DNA of 32,000 bases from an uncultured Lentisphaeria bacterium (GCA_951812855.1 OX638337.1:1620001-1652000); one strand, 5' to 3'. Positions 17,864 to 27,233 are shown, numbered from the stretch's first letter. The notes: generated by a model from the letters alone, not told the origin. Numbers and translations: made by a program.

Positions 17864-17909
17864 AAATAGAATTTGACCTGAATTATTGAGTTATAAGGAG
17901 ACTTAACCC

Positions 17910-18683
17910 ATGACCTGCAAAATACAGTCTGACATCTACTGCTTCGGCTCATTATTAAAACTCGTTTTCCTTACGATGTTTTGTTTTGCTATTTCCGGAT
18001 TTTCCCAAACAAGAGAAGATATTGTTCGAATTTCTCAGCGAGCATCAAGTTCAAAAAAAGAGGTTGCCCGACGGGAAACGGCATTGGCAAATCTTAAAGA
18101 GAAACTGGAATTGGCAAATCAAAATGTAACAAAAATTGATCATGAACTCATATTGAAACGTACAGAAGTACCCCGTTCAGAGAAAGCCGTCAAAAAAGTT
18201 GAAAAGGATTTAGATATCGCTGAAAACAGAGTGCAAAAAATCTCTTCCCGCATTAAAAAATATGAGCAAAGACTGATAAAATCTCGGGAAAGGGCACAGC
18301 ATTTTTCGAATCTTGAGACGGAGTTAAGAAACCGATATATTAGAAACACTGTAAGGAAAACCCACAAGACTCAACTTGCACAGTTAAACCGGTATGAAGC
18401 AAGAGTGAAAAAATTAGAGAATAAGGTTAGAGCAGCACAGGCAGAAGTCACTGCCCGTACCATCATTGCAGGAAGAACGACGGGACAATGGAAACGTAAA
18501 TTTGCAAACTTTAAAGTGTATGAAGCTAAAGATAAAGCAGACTACTTATTAAATGAATTGAGAATCTATCAGGGAAAAGTATCTAAAGCACAGAACGACA
18601 TTGTCGGATTAAAAGCAAAATTAAAGAAAGCACAATCTGATTATCCTCAATATGAACAGGAGATGACTAAATCCGATAAATAG
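17910..18683 (+). CDS. Secreted Lys/Arg/Glu-rich coiled-coil protein of unknown function
   Basis: 257 aa with SD 'aaggaga' upstream. Signal-like 'LLKLVFLTMFCFAISGFSQ'. The rest is heptad-like charged sequence ('LANLKEKLELANQNVTKIDHEL', 'RVKKLENKVRAAQAEV'). I recognise no family. Confidence 0.7.
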   Translation: MTCKIQSDIYCFGSLLKLVFLTMFCFAISGFSQTREDIVRISQRASSSKKEVARRETALANLKEKLELANQNVTKIDHELILKRTEVPRSEKAVKKVEKDLDIAENRVQKISSRIKKYEQRLIKSRERAQHFSNLETELRNRYIRNTVRKTHKTQLAQLNRYEARVKKLENKVRAAQAEVTARTIIAGRTTGQWKRKFANFKVYEAKDKADYLLNELRIYQGKVSKAQNDIVGLKAKLKKAQSDYPQYEQEMTKSDK

Positions 18684-19127
18684 ATTCATTTTTCAGCCTC
18701 CTTACTTTAGCACTATAGATTCAACAAAAACCATTACTCCGATCAGAATGAGCGTGACGTCAAACCTCCCGAGTCTTGAAAAAAAGTTAACCACTATTGA
18801 TCATTATGACAGCCGTTGCCCGACTCCGGCCAATCAAAACCAAAGCCTATACGAGATTGAAGAATCTGTTTGCGGCTTTTCCTCAATTATTTTAATGTCA
18901 GTGCCAACCCTACAGCTTATCCGGCATCGGTAACAGGGATTTTATTCGACAGGAAATACAGACTTCTTTCCCGTCGTTTATCGAAATTACAGTCCATTAC
19001 AGGTTCTACTATTTTAAGACTGAAAAATCTGCCCGGTACCAATTGAACTCGAATTTCCCGTTTCAATCGGTATATTTATCATTCTTGACATTAGGAACAT
19101 TAATCATGATCAATCCATTAGACTGGC

Positions 19128-21077
19128 ATGAGGAATTCAAATCCAAAACCAAATCAACTTTCTTTAGTTTGTCTGATTATCGTAATATTACTCAATTTAT
19201 TGAACTGTTTTTTTACTCATAAATGGCCTGATATTTACATTCTAAAGAGCATATCGTTAAACCTGGCTTTACTGGCAGTATTTTCCGGGTTCGCTTTATC
19301 AGAATCATTTTTAGCTGGTCGTAAACAAGCCGAAGATGTCGACAATGACGTATTGAAACACAGCCTGAAGTCTTCGGATATTTTTAATCAGTCTTCACTG
19401 TCATCCCCCGCTGCCTCTTCTTATAAACTGGTGATCTGCTATATCATTCCGGCAATGACTGCTGCTGCCGGACTTGTATTTGCCGGCTTGAATATATATA
19501 GACTTAAATCCTGGGTCCACCATCTCACAACACCGCCTGTCAGCAGTTTTAATATATCTGGAATCTGTTTTTTTATGTTCTTTTTTTGCGTGCTATCCGG
19601 AAGTTATTACAACGGTCTTTCCGGCAATCAATCTCACCGTTGGCTGCGACCCATTGGTTCCTGGCTTCTATATTTAAGTTTTCTTTATGCTCTGACTATT
19701 GCTTCGGCCATCATCTTTCATATAAATTCTATTAATCCTGATTATACTATATTCCGGATAATCAGTATCCTAAACATAATCTTCGGCCTGGAACTTATCG
19801 GTAATGTTATCATTGAAATATATCGGCCAAAAATACAATCGTTAGAAGTCAATCCTATATTTGAAAGCCGTTTTCTGGCGTTTTTCACAGCACCGGATGG
19901 TTTTTTACAGAATATAGCAAATACCATTGATTATCAGTTTGGAATTAAGATATCAGACACTGAGTTAAATCATTTTATTAATCGACTTGTATTCCCCTAT
20001 GTTATACTGGTTTGCCTGAGTTTATATTTTTTTGAATGCATTGTCATCATTGATTCTGATGAGGTCGGTATCATTGAACGTGCGGGCAAACCCATTAAAG
20101 AATCACTGTTACCACCCGGAATGCATTTTAAATTTCCCCGCCCCATCGATCGACTGATAAATGTTCCGGTAAAAAAAATAAGAAAAGTCATCGTCGGTTT
20201 CAATGAACCCCATCAGGAAACCGAACAAGAAACGCACAAAATTCATAAGGCCGATAAAAACCATACTGATAAGGTAATCCTATGGAACAAACGTCATCAT
20301 CATTCCGAAGAAACGTTTTTAATTGCAAGTCGGCTCGATACAACCCGTTCTCATTTTAAGGATGCTTCCCGGGGCAATGGGTATCGACCCACATCGGCTA
20401 ATTTAATCGCAGCTGCCATTCCTGTATTTTATTCCGTTGATGAATCCAAGATTTTTGACTACGTCTATAACTACAAAAATCAGGCGGAATTAATCAAAAA
20501 AATTGCGTATCGCGAAATAATTTCCTACCTGGCATCAGCCGATTTTATCCACATCATAGGAAAAGGACGCATGGAGGCTAAATCTGATATTGAAATGAGA
20601 ATAAGAAACGCTTTTGCAACAATGAAGCCTGCTGTCGGTATAAAAATACATTACGTCGGCATTATGGAAATCCATCCACCTGTCACTGTGGCAGGTGCTT
20701 TTCAAAATCTTATTGGGGCGAAGGAATTATCAAATACCACTATACTTAAATCTCAAAAAAACGCGGTGATAACCAAACGTGATGCAGAAATTAAGAGCCA
20801 CGCATTAAAATCAGAAGCTGAGGGTTATTTATATGAAGAGCAGCAACTGGCAAAAGCTGAAGTACAGCGATTTAGAGAGCAACAAAAATTATTTCATATC
20901 TCTCCAAAATTATATAAGTTACGCACATTTTTAGATCTATTCGAAACTGAAACAGAAGATGTGAAGAAATACGTCATTACAAGTGATTCCAAAGAAACAT
21001 TCATCATAGATTCACAGCAAAGACTAAGCCCCGATTTATTAAACGACCTAAACGTTGAACCTGCTAAGGAGAAATAA
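19128..21077 (+). CDS. SPFH/band-7 (HflK/C-like) protein with a ~300-aa N-terminal polytopic membrane extension
   Basis: 649 aa. About six hydrophobic helices precede the SPFH anchor helix, for example 'LSLVCLIIVILLNLL', 'LVICYIIPAMTAAAGLVFAGL', 'ISGICFFMFFFCVLSG', 'IGSWLLYLSFLYALTIASAIIF' and 'IFRIISILNIIFGLELIGNVII'. The SPFH core follows: 'IVIIDSDEVGIIERAGKPIKESLLPPGMHFKFPRPIDRLINVP', with a C-terminal 'AEAEGY...AKAE' coiled region. Confidence 0.8.
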   Translation: MRNSNPKPNQLSLVCLIIVILLNLLNCFFTHKWPDIYILKSISLNLALLAVFSGFALSESFLAGRKQAEDVDNDVLKHSLKSSDIFNQSSLSSPAASSYKLVICYIIPAMTAAAGLVFAGLNIYRLKSWVHHLTTPPVSSFNISGICFFMFFFCVLSGSYYNGLSGNQSHRWLRPIGSWLLYLSFLYALTIASAIIFHINSINPDYTIFRIISILNIIFGLELIGNVIIEIYRPKIQSLEVNPIFESRFLAFFTAPDGFLQNIANTIDYQFGIKISDTELNHFINRLVFPYVILVCLSLYFFECIVIIDSDEVGIIERAGKPIKESLLPPGMHFKFPRPIDRLINVPVKKIRKVIVGFNEPHQETEQETHKIHKADKNHTDKVILWNKRHHHSEETFLIASRLDTTRSHFKDASRGNGYRPTSANLIAAAIPVFYSVDESKIFDYVYNYKNQAELIKKIAYREIISYLASADFIHIIGKGRMEAKSDIEMRIRNAFATMKPAVGIKIHYVGIMEIHPPVTVAGAFQNLIGAKELSNTTILKSQKNAVITKRDAEIKSHALKSEAEGYLYEEQQLAKAEVQRFREQQKLFHISPKLYKLRTFLDLFETETEDVKKYVITSDSKETFIIDSQQRLSPDLLNDLNVEPAKEK

Positions 21078-21078
21078 A

Positions 21079-22017
21079 ATGCCTGAAAATAAACCACTTG
21101 TTCGCTGGCCGATGTATCTGACAATCGCGATGATTCTGACTCTTTTATGCACAACGTTATTTACCTATAGCGTTCGCCACACCGACCATGCGGTGGTTCT
21201 TCGATTTGGCAAACCAATTATGGAAAAAAATACTGATCCGGGTCTCCATTTCAAATTACCGTTTGAGACCGTTTGGACTGCAGACAACCGAATTCAATGC
21301 TTCGAAGGTGAATCTGGAATCGTCGAAGAGATATTCACAAATGACGAGAAAAATATCACCGTAACTCTTTTCATGTGCTGGAAAATATCAGAAGATAAAC
21401 GCTTGACTTACCTGGAGCGTGTCGGAAACGGCCCGGCGGCTCGACTTGAATTGACGGCATTACTAAGAAGCTATAAGAACAGTGTTTTTGGAAAATATAA
21501 ATTTGAAGATTTAGTCAATATCGATCGAAACAAGATTAAGATTCGACAAATTGAGCGTGAAATCCTGGCATTGATCAGTATTGAAGCGTTAGACTTGTAT
21601 GGCATTGAAGTTTCAGATATCGGCGTAACTCATCTTGGCTTTCCTGAAACTGTAACGAAGAAAATATTTGCACGAATGGAAGCTGAACGAGAAACTGAAG
21701 TTCAAAAAATCTTATCCGAAGCCGATATAATTTCGGCAAAAATTAAAACTGATGCCGATAGAGAAAGCGTAAAACGACTGGCAAACGCCGAAGCTGAAGC
21801 AACCCGAATTCGAGCAAAAGGCGATGCTGAGGCGGCAAAACATTATGCCGTATTTGAGCAGAATCCTGAACTCGCGGCTTACCTTCGGAAATTAAATTCT
21901 CTCAAGCAAATATTAACAGAAAAAACGACCCTCATTTTAGATACAGAAACCGCTCCGTTTGATTTACTGAAAAATGACGGATTGGAGAGCAATATTCCAA
22001 CCAGAATCAGTCAATAA
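21079..22017 (+). CDS. SPFH/band-7 protein, HflC-like
   Basis: ATG at 21079 is preceded by SD aaggag (21066-71) and lies 1 nt after the upstream stop; the ORF track's TTG at 21055 is less likely. Single TM 'YLTIAMILTLLCTTLF', then 'AVVLRFGKPI...PGLHFKLPFETV' and 'ANAEAEATRIRAKGDAEAAKHYA'. Confidence 0.85.
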   Translation: MPENKPLVRWPMYLTIAMILTLLCTTLFTYSVRHTDHAVVLRFGKPIMEKNTDPGLHFKLPFETVWTADNRIQCFEGESGIVEEIFTNDEKNITVTLFMCWKISEDKRLTYLERVGNGPAARLELTALLRSYKNSVFGKYKFEDLVNIDRNKIKIRQIEREILALISIEALDLYGIEVSDIGVTHLGFPETVTKKIFARMEAERETEVQKILSEADIISAKIKTDADRESVKRLANAEAEATRIRAKGDAEAAKHYAVFEQNPELAAYLRKLNSLKQILTEKTTLILDTETAPFDLLKNDGLESNIPTRISQ

Positions 22018-22022
22018 CAGTT

Positions 22023-23072
22023 ATGGATAATAATAACCAGAATCAAGCATCCGGCATGAATACCAATGAGGGACAGAAAGCTCTTCTAAAAACGCTGCGT
22101 CCCGGATATATATTATTAAAAGCTGTAACTGTTATTCTGTTCATTTTATATCTGCTCTCCGGTTTATTCATCGTCAATCCAAATGAAAATGTGATTATAC
22201 TGCGATTCGGTAAGCTGGTCGGAGACAAAGGAAATCAGCACCTTATCACAAGTGGTCGTTGGCATTGGGCATGGCCTGAACCAGTTGATGAGATAATCCG
22301 GGTCCCGGCGAAACAGGTAAAAACTATTCACACGGACTGTTTTTGGTATAAACAGGATCAGATCACTGAAAAACTGGCAGTGAATCATACGAATTCAAAT
22401 CAACTTCGCCCCGGAATTGATGGATATTTATTAACCGGTGATCGCAATATAGTACATTCACAATGGTCAATTTCTTTTCTGATAACCCACCCGGTAAACT
22501 ATGCATTGAATTTTAAAAATCCCGATAATCTGATTCGTCAAGAATTACATCGGGCAATTCTCCAACAAACAGCACAGCACTCAATTCATGATTTCTTATA
22601 CGGAAATATCGAGACAATTCAAGAATCAGTCCAAAACCAGACTGTCAATCAACTGGCACGGCTGAACATTGGTGTAACCGTGATGAATATTTCCTGTGAA
22701 AAAAGAGAACCACCACGTTCAACAATCCCATATTTCAATAAAGTAAGCGAAGCAAATCAAGAGGAAAAACAAACTCTGGATTCAGCACAAAGATACGCTC
22801 AAAAGGTCACTATGCAGAGTCGAATAAAACAAGCCCGGATCATTGCCGAAGCAGAAGGATACCGAGAAAAATCTATCGCAACACTGGCAGCAGATAACGA
22901 GTACTTCTTAAAAATTTTAGAAGTCTATAATCAAGCACCGAAAACAGCACTTATTAACTTATATTCCCAGACCTTAGACGACGTATTCGCTAATGTCGAA
23001 TCAAACTATATTATTCATTCCGACAGCAAAAGTAAGGGACAGGAAGTTCGAATCAAGCTCGACGAAAACTAG
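22023..23072 (+). CDS. SPFH/band-7 protein, divergent HflK-like
   Basis: 349 aa, starting 5 nt after the upstream stop. TM 'ILLKAVTVILFILYLLSGLFIV', then 'NENVIILRFGKLVG...WHWAWPEPVDEIIRVP' and a C-terminal 'RIIAEAEGYREKSIA' segment. Confidence 0.78.
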   Translation: MDNNNQNQASGMNTNEGQKALLKTLRPGYILLKAVTVILFILYLLSGLFIVNPNENVIILRFGKLVGDKGNQHLITSGRWHWAWPEPVDEIIRVPAKQVKTIHTDCFWYKQDQITEKLAVNHTNSNQLRPGIDGYLLTGDRNIVHSQWSISFLITHPVNYALNFKNPDNLIRQELHRAILQQTAQHSIHDFLYGNIETIQESVQNQTVNQLARLNIGVTVMNISCEKREPPRSTIPYFNKVSEANQEEKQTLDSAQRYAQKVTMQSRIKQARIIAEAEGYREKSIATLAADNEYFLKILEVYNQAPKTALINLYSQTLDDVFANVESNYIIHSDSKSKGQEVRIKLDEN

Positions 23073-23131
23073 ATAAAAAAGAATAAACAGTTAAGAAAAA
23101 TTTATTTTTATTGTTCCCGGTCGAATTTTCT

Positions 23132-25105
23132 ATGCCGATCGGGAAAAATCAATTGACGATGGTATCAAAATCAGAAAATCAAATCAATATTCAGCATAAA
23201 GGCAATAAGGAAATGATAAACCTTCATATCGCAATGGCAGGCGGATCATTTTTACTCAGTGCAGCACTGTCAAAATATTATTTCTACAGCCATGAACCGA
23301 TAATAAGCACAATCAGTGCGATTATTGCCGTATCTGTATTATCACTGCCAATATTAACAAAGGCAATAAAAAATGTGATATCCGGCAGAATTCGTATGAA
23401 TGAACTCGTCGCACTGGCACTGCTGGCATCAGTCATTTTAGGCAAATTTTACGAAGCAGGAATAATTGCATTTGTTATGCTGATTGTCATAACACTGGAA
23501 AAGAAAACCGCTGCGGGGGCCAATGAGTCAATTGAAACGCTGATCAAATTAACACCGACAATCGTCCGTAAATTAGCTGATGAAACTGAAGTTGATATTC
23601 ATATTAACGAATTGTGTATTGATGATATTATTCGTATCCGCCCCGGTGAATATTTCCCGGCAGACGGGACCATTATAACAGGAACAAGTACAGTTAATCA
23701 GGCATCGATAACCGGAGAATCATTACCGATTGACAAAACAAAAAATTCTACTGTCTTTGCAGGTACTGGAAATTTAACAGGTTCAGTTGATGTAAGAGTT
23801 ACCCGGATCGGTCCGGACACAACGATGGGAAAAGTTAAAGAATTAATTCAGACAGCAGAGAAAACCCGCATACCAATCCATCGCATTACCGATGACTATG
23901 TCAATTATTATATTCCGTCGGTCATTATGTCAGCCGTAATCATCTGGTTTTTTTCACAAAACCCGATGCAGGTTGTTTATGTTTTAGTCATTGCCTGTCC
24001 ATGTGCACTGGTTGTTGCTGTTCCGTCCGCAATTTTGGCAGCAATAGCAGCATCGGCACGCATGGGTATCTTAATCAAAGATCCCGGTCTGCTGGAAGCA
24101 ATAGCAAAAACCAGGTCGATAATATTTGACAAAACTGGAACTCTCACGGAAGGAAGACTTAAGGTGGCAAATTTAAATCCCGGCGAGAGTGTTAACTTGA
24201 CAGAACTGTTAACAATTGCTGCAAGCACAGAATCGAAGAGTAATCACCCACTTGCAGATGCACTGCGAAGTTTGGCCAATGAAGCAAACATCCAAATACA
24301 AGACCCGGATCAGATGATTGAATATCCCGGACAAGGAATCAAAGCTGAATATAAAAACGAAAAATACTACGTCGGACGCAAATCCTGGTTTAACGAATTA
24401 AATTTGGACACAAGTAATATTATTAATAAAAATGACGCCGAAAACTTGAATATTAGCGTCGTTTACGTAGCGAGAAATAATGAGGTGCTCGGCTGGATCG
24501 GCTTCAGCGATACCCTGCGGACAGATGCTGAAGCATCAATAGATTTAATATCAAATATTGGCATTGAAGAATGTGCGATGGTGACCGGTGATAATCCTGC
24601 TGCTGCACGTTACATCGCACAGGAAGCCGGTATCGAAGAGATTAAATGTGAATGTTTACCTGAAACTAAGGCCCAATTCGTTGAAACGAAGAAAGCAACA
24701 TTCGGACCGGTTATGTTTATTGGAGATGGTATCAATGACGCACCGGCAATTGCAGCAAGTGATATTGGTGTTGCAATGGGAGCTGTTGGAAGTGATATTG
24801 CAATGAACAGTGCCTCGATTGCATTAATGAACAATCGCTTAATGAATATACCTGATTTGATTGAACTGTCTAGAAAAACGAAATCAATTATAAACGCAAA
24901 TTTACTCATTGGCGTCAGTATGATTGTCGGTGGTCTCATGTTTTTTATATTTGGCAGTCAGATACTCGATGATATAGCCGGCATATTCCGCCTTCAGCCA
25001 ACATTCTTCAAGTCACTTGCTGCTGCCGGCATTCATGTCATAGGAACCCTGTTGGTTTTATTCAACAGTGCCAGATTATTTAGATTCAGTAACTCAAAAA
25101 CCTGA
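23132..25105 (+). CDS. P1B-type (heavy-metal) P-type ATPase lacking an N-terminal metal-binding domain
   Basis: Motifs 'CPC' (VIACPCALVVAVPSA), 'DKTGTLT' (from nt 24128), 'TGD', 'GDGINDAPA'. There is no GMxCxxC/HMA segment upstream of the first TM helices. Start is uncertain: TTG 23111, ATG 23132, ATG 23159 and ATG 23213 are all in frame. Confidence 0.88.
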   Translation: MPIGKNQLTMVSKSENQINIQHKGNKEMINLHIAMAGGSFLLSAALSKYYFYSHEPIISTISAIIAVSVLSLPILTKAIKNVISGRIRMNELVALALLASVILGKFYEAGIIAFVMLIVITLEKKTAAGANESIETLIKLTPTIVRKLADETEVDIHINELCIDDIIRIRPGEYFPADGTIITGTSTVNQASITGESLPIDKTKNSTVFAGTGNLTGSVDVRVTRIGPDTTMGKVKELIQTAEKTRIPIHRITDDYVNYYIPSVIMSAVIIWFFSQNPMQVVYVLVIACPCALVVAVPSAILAAIAASARMGILIKDPGLLEAIAKTRSIIFDKTGTLTEGRLKVANLNPGESVNLTELLTIAASTESKSNHPLADALRSLANEANIQIQDPDQMIEYPGQGIKAEYKNEKYYVGRKSWFNELNLDTSNIINKNDAENLNISVVYVARNNEVLGWIGFSDTLRTDAEASIDLISNIGIEECAMVTGDNPAAARYIAQEAGIEEIKCECLPETKAQFVETKKATFGPVMFIGDGINDAPAIAASDIGVAMGAVGSDIAMNSASIALMNNRLMNIPDLIELSRKTKSIINANLLIGVSMIVGGLMFFIFGSQILDDIAGIFRLQPTFFKSLAAAGIHVIGTLLVLFNSARLFRFSNSKT

Positions 25106-25257
25106 GGAATCACCCAATAATCCGGAGTGTTCGAATTCGTAAGATAAAATACAGATTCACTTTACTGCCAGTTATCAAACCTAAAAATTATCTTACAAAT
25201 TAAATACAGCAACAAAGTAATTATATCATAAAATTTATTTTAACGGAGACAAAATCA

Positions 25258-25734
25258 ATGAAAACATCCAGGGGCTTATTCATTTTTTACGTGACAGCAA
25301 CATTGTTGATCCCTGTAAATGTCAGTGCAGAATCTGCCCGGACTGATCTGGGCTATTGGGAACGGATTAAGCAGCACTTCAGGGATGACAATGATCACGA
25401 CAAATCTGAAAATGACTCAGAAGAAAATACAGACAATGAAGATGAACAAGACCTCACTGAGGATACGATGGATTGGTTGAAAAGTGATATGAAAAATATA
25501 GGCGCCTGGGAATATAAAGTATTAGAAATATCATTAACCGACCCGGTGGAATTGGAAACGAAGCTTAATCTGATCGGACAGGATAAATGGGAATGTTTCT
25601 GGATAAAAGAGAACGAAAATAAGGCGATAATGCTGTTCAGGAAACCCAAATTAAGTTATCTAAAAATCCTTCCCGTAAAAGATTTATTGAAACTGATTTC
25701 ACCCACTGGCGATGAGGATGGAGGCACTGAATAA
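25258..25734 (+). CDS. Secreted small protein with acidic linker and DUF4177-like C-terminal domain
   Basis: 158 aa with signal 'LFIFYVTATLLIPVNVSA'. Asp/Glu-rich 'DNDHDKSENDSEENTDNEDEQD'. C-terminal 'WEYKVLEIS...LNLIGQDKWECFWI...IMLFRKP' matches the DUF4177 pattern as I recall it. Confidence 0.6.
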   Translation: MKTSRGLFIFYVTATLLIPVNVSAESARTDLGYWERIKQHFRDDNDHDKSENDSEENTDNEDEQDLTEDTMDWLKSDMKNIGAWEYKVLEISLTDPVELETKLNLIGQDKWECFWIKENENKAIMLFRKPKLSYLKILPVKDLLKLISPTGDEDGGTE

Positions 25735-25825
25735 ACACCGGGGAACCGGGGCTTTTATTGCCTGTTGATTCCGGATACAATCTCTAATCTGAATTTTTGA
25801 AAGTTGAAAGGAAGAACATCCAGGT

Positions 25826-27163
25826 CTATGAGTGATTTTCTACATAGTCACAAGCATCCTTTATATACTTAACTGCGGTATGAATGCTGTTCAAATCTTC
25901 GAACCCATATGAAAGGCGGAGCTGCCGTTTTCCAATCTCAACAAGCTCGCCGGATTTATGTACGCAATAGGTGCCGGGGATATAAATAATGCGCGGAAAT
26001 TTTTTATCCTCAGACCCGTCGATATCCGGATTCCCGGTAATGCGGGCAAGATACTTGAAAAAGAGTGATTGATCATGGGTTTCAATAGTCTTAAATGTGA
26101 GATAATAGTAAAACCCCGCTTGTCCGCCGGTGTTGGTTTCCAGGTAATTACCCAGAAGTTGATTGAGCCAGTTTTTTACTTGCGTTGCCTTATCTTTATA
26201 ACCCGCATTGACTTTTCCAATCTGGGCAGCGGCATGGTGGTCGAGCATGTAACTGGCGATTTCCTGATTTACTAATGCTGCACTAAAACCAACATCACTC
26301 ACCCGTTGGATCATTCCCTTTAGAAAATCATTATTTTCACCAATCATATATCCGATGCGCAACCCCGGTGCAAGAATTTTAGATAATGTTCCAATTTCAT
26401 AGACAATATTCATTGGATCGTAAACAAATCCAGATTGCAGCCCTGAAATCGAAGAGTCGTGCACCAACCCTTCATAAGCTTTATCCAAAATAACAGGAAT
26501 TTTTCTATCCAAATCAATAGACAGTTCAGTTGCATAGGAAATGAGTTCCCGCCGCCGTTCATTTGATAAAATAATGCATGACGGATTATTAACGGTAACA
26601 ATATCAAAAAATATAATCTCATGTTTTCTATTACCCAGTGATTCTACTTTTTCTTTCAATATATCAATCCGAATACCCTGTTCATCTTCCGGAATCGCCA
26701 ATATCTGAAACCCAATACGTTCTAAAAAATTACAATAGATATAGTAAATCGGGTCGGCTGTAATAACGATGCCTTTCCTCAGAATCTGTGTCAGACCTTC
26801 CAATAAACTTGTGGCACCATTTGCACCTATAATAATCTCTTTATCTGCAAGCAGTTCCTCGTCAAGACCATTGTCAGGATTTTGAATCATGAACTGCTTT
26901 AATGATTTCTTTAGGTTAACCGATCCTTTTGGCCCTCCATAATTTAGTGCTGCACGATACTTTTGGGGATTGAGCAGAACGTTTTCCTGGGCTTCCTGTA
27001 TAAAATCACGGGGAATTGTCTTTTCATTAACATAGCCGACACCGAGATTGATATCGTAATTGTCTCTGAAATCAACCGCAAACGATGCCATCATCCGGCT
27101 GACGGGTGATGATTGTATTGACATCTTGCCATAGGAAGAAAGTTGAATATCGTTTAATGCCAT
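25826..27163 (-). CDS. PLP-dependent aminotransferase, class I/II
   Basis: 445 aa. 'NLGVGY', 'YGGPKGS', and the PLP-lysine context 'GTLSKILAPGLRIGYMIG' are typical of fold-type I aminotransferases. Substrate cannot be inferred. Confidence 0.8.
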   Translation of the reverse strand: MALNDIQLSSYGKMSIQSSPVSRMMASFAVDFRDNYDINLGVGYVNEKTIPRDFIQEAQENVLLNPQKYRAALNYGGPKGSVNLKKSLKQFMIQNPDNGLDEELLADKEIIIGANGATSLLEGLTQILRKGIVITADPIYYIYCNFLERIGFQILAIPEDEQGIRIDILKEKVESLGNRKHEIIFFDIVTVNNPSCIILSNERRRELISYATELSIDLDRKIPVILDKAYEGLVHDSSISGLQSGFVYDPMNIVYEIGTLSKILAPGLRIGYMIGENNDFLKGMIQRVSDVGFSAALVNQEIASYMLDHHAAAQIGKVNAGYKDKATQVKNWLNQLLGNYLETNTGGQAGFYYYLTFKTIETHDQSLFFKYLARITGNPDIDGSEDKKFPRIIYIPGTYCVHKSGELVEIGKRQLRLSYGFEDLNSIHTAVKYIKDACDYVENHS

Positions 27164-27183
27164 TGTGCTTCACAAAATTTTTT

Positions 27184-27233
27184 AATTGTCGTGACAATTC
27201 TTAACGGTCGAAATTGCCAATTACCTATTGGCA
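27184..27233. promoter_or_regulatory. Two short palindromes in the divergent aminotransferase / tpsB intergenic region
   Basis: aattgtc-gt-gacaatt (27184-27199) and tgccaat-tacct-attggca (27215-27233), both with perfect 7-bp arms. They are candidate operator sites only. Confidence 0.25.

Noticed and set aside
18748-18933. 61-aa ORF in the gap before the SPFH cluster
   Set aside because: No RBS, no hydrophobic or other recognisable pattern, and a length at the noise threshold of the ORF track.
19131-19145. 'ttcaaatcc' 9-mer matching the tRNA-Thr T-loop region, considered as a possible att repeat for a tRNA-flanked island
   Set aside because: The match is only 9 nt, lies on the wrong side of the tRNA 3' end, and sits inside the start of a coding sequence. 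It is consistent with chance.
21055-21078. TTG start at 21055 for the HflC-like gene (ORF-track start), overlapping the upstream gene by 23 nt
   Set aside because: The ATG at 21079 has an AAGGAG site at ideal spacing and sits 1 nt after the upstream stop, so it is the preferred start.
23977-24939. Alternate-frame and antisense ORFs inside the P-type ATPase gene (23977-24228, 24588-24806, 24610-24939)
   Set aside because: They are embedded in a CDS with unambiguous P-type ATPase motifs, so they are shadow ORFs.
25735-25770. Possible terminator after the DUF4177-like gene ('caccggggaaccggggctttta')
   Set aside because: The ccgggg elements are direct repeats, not inverted. Only a 4-bp self-complementary ccgg stem is possible, which is too weak to call.
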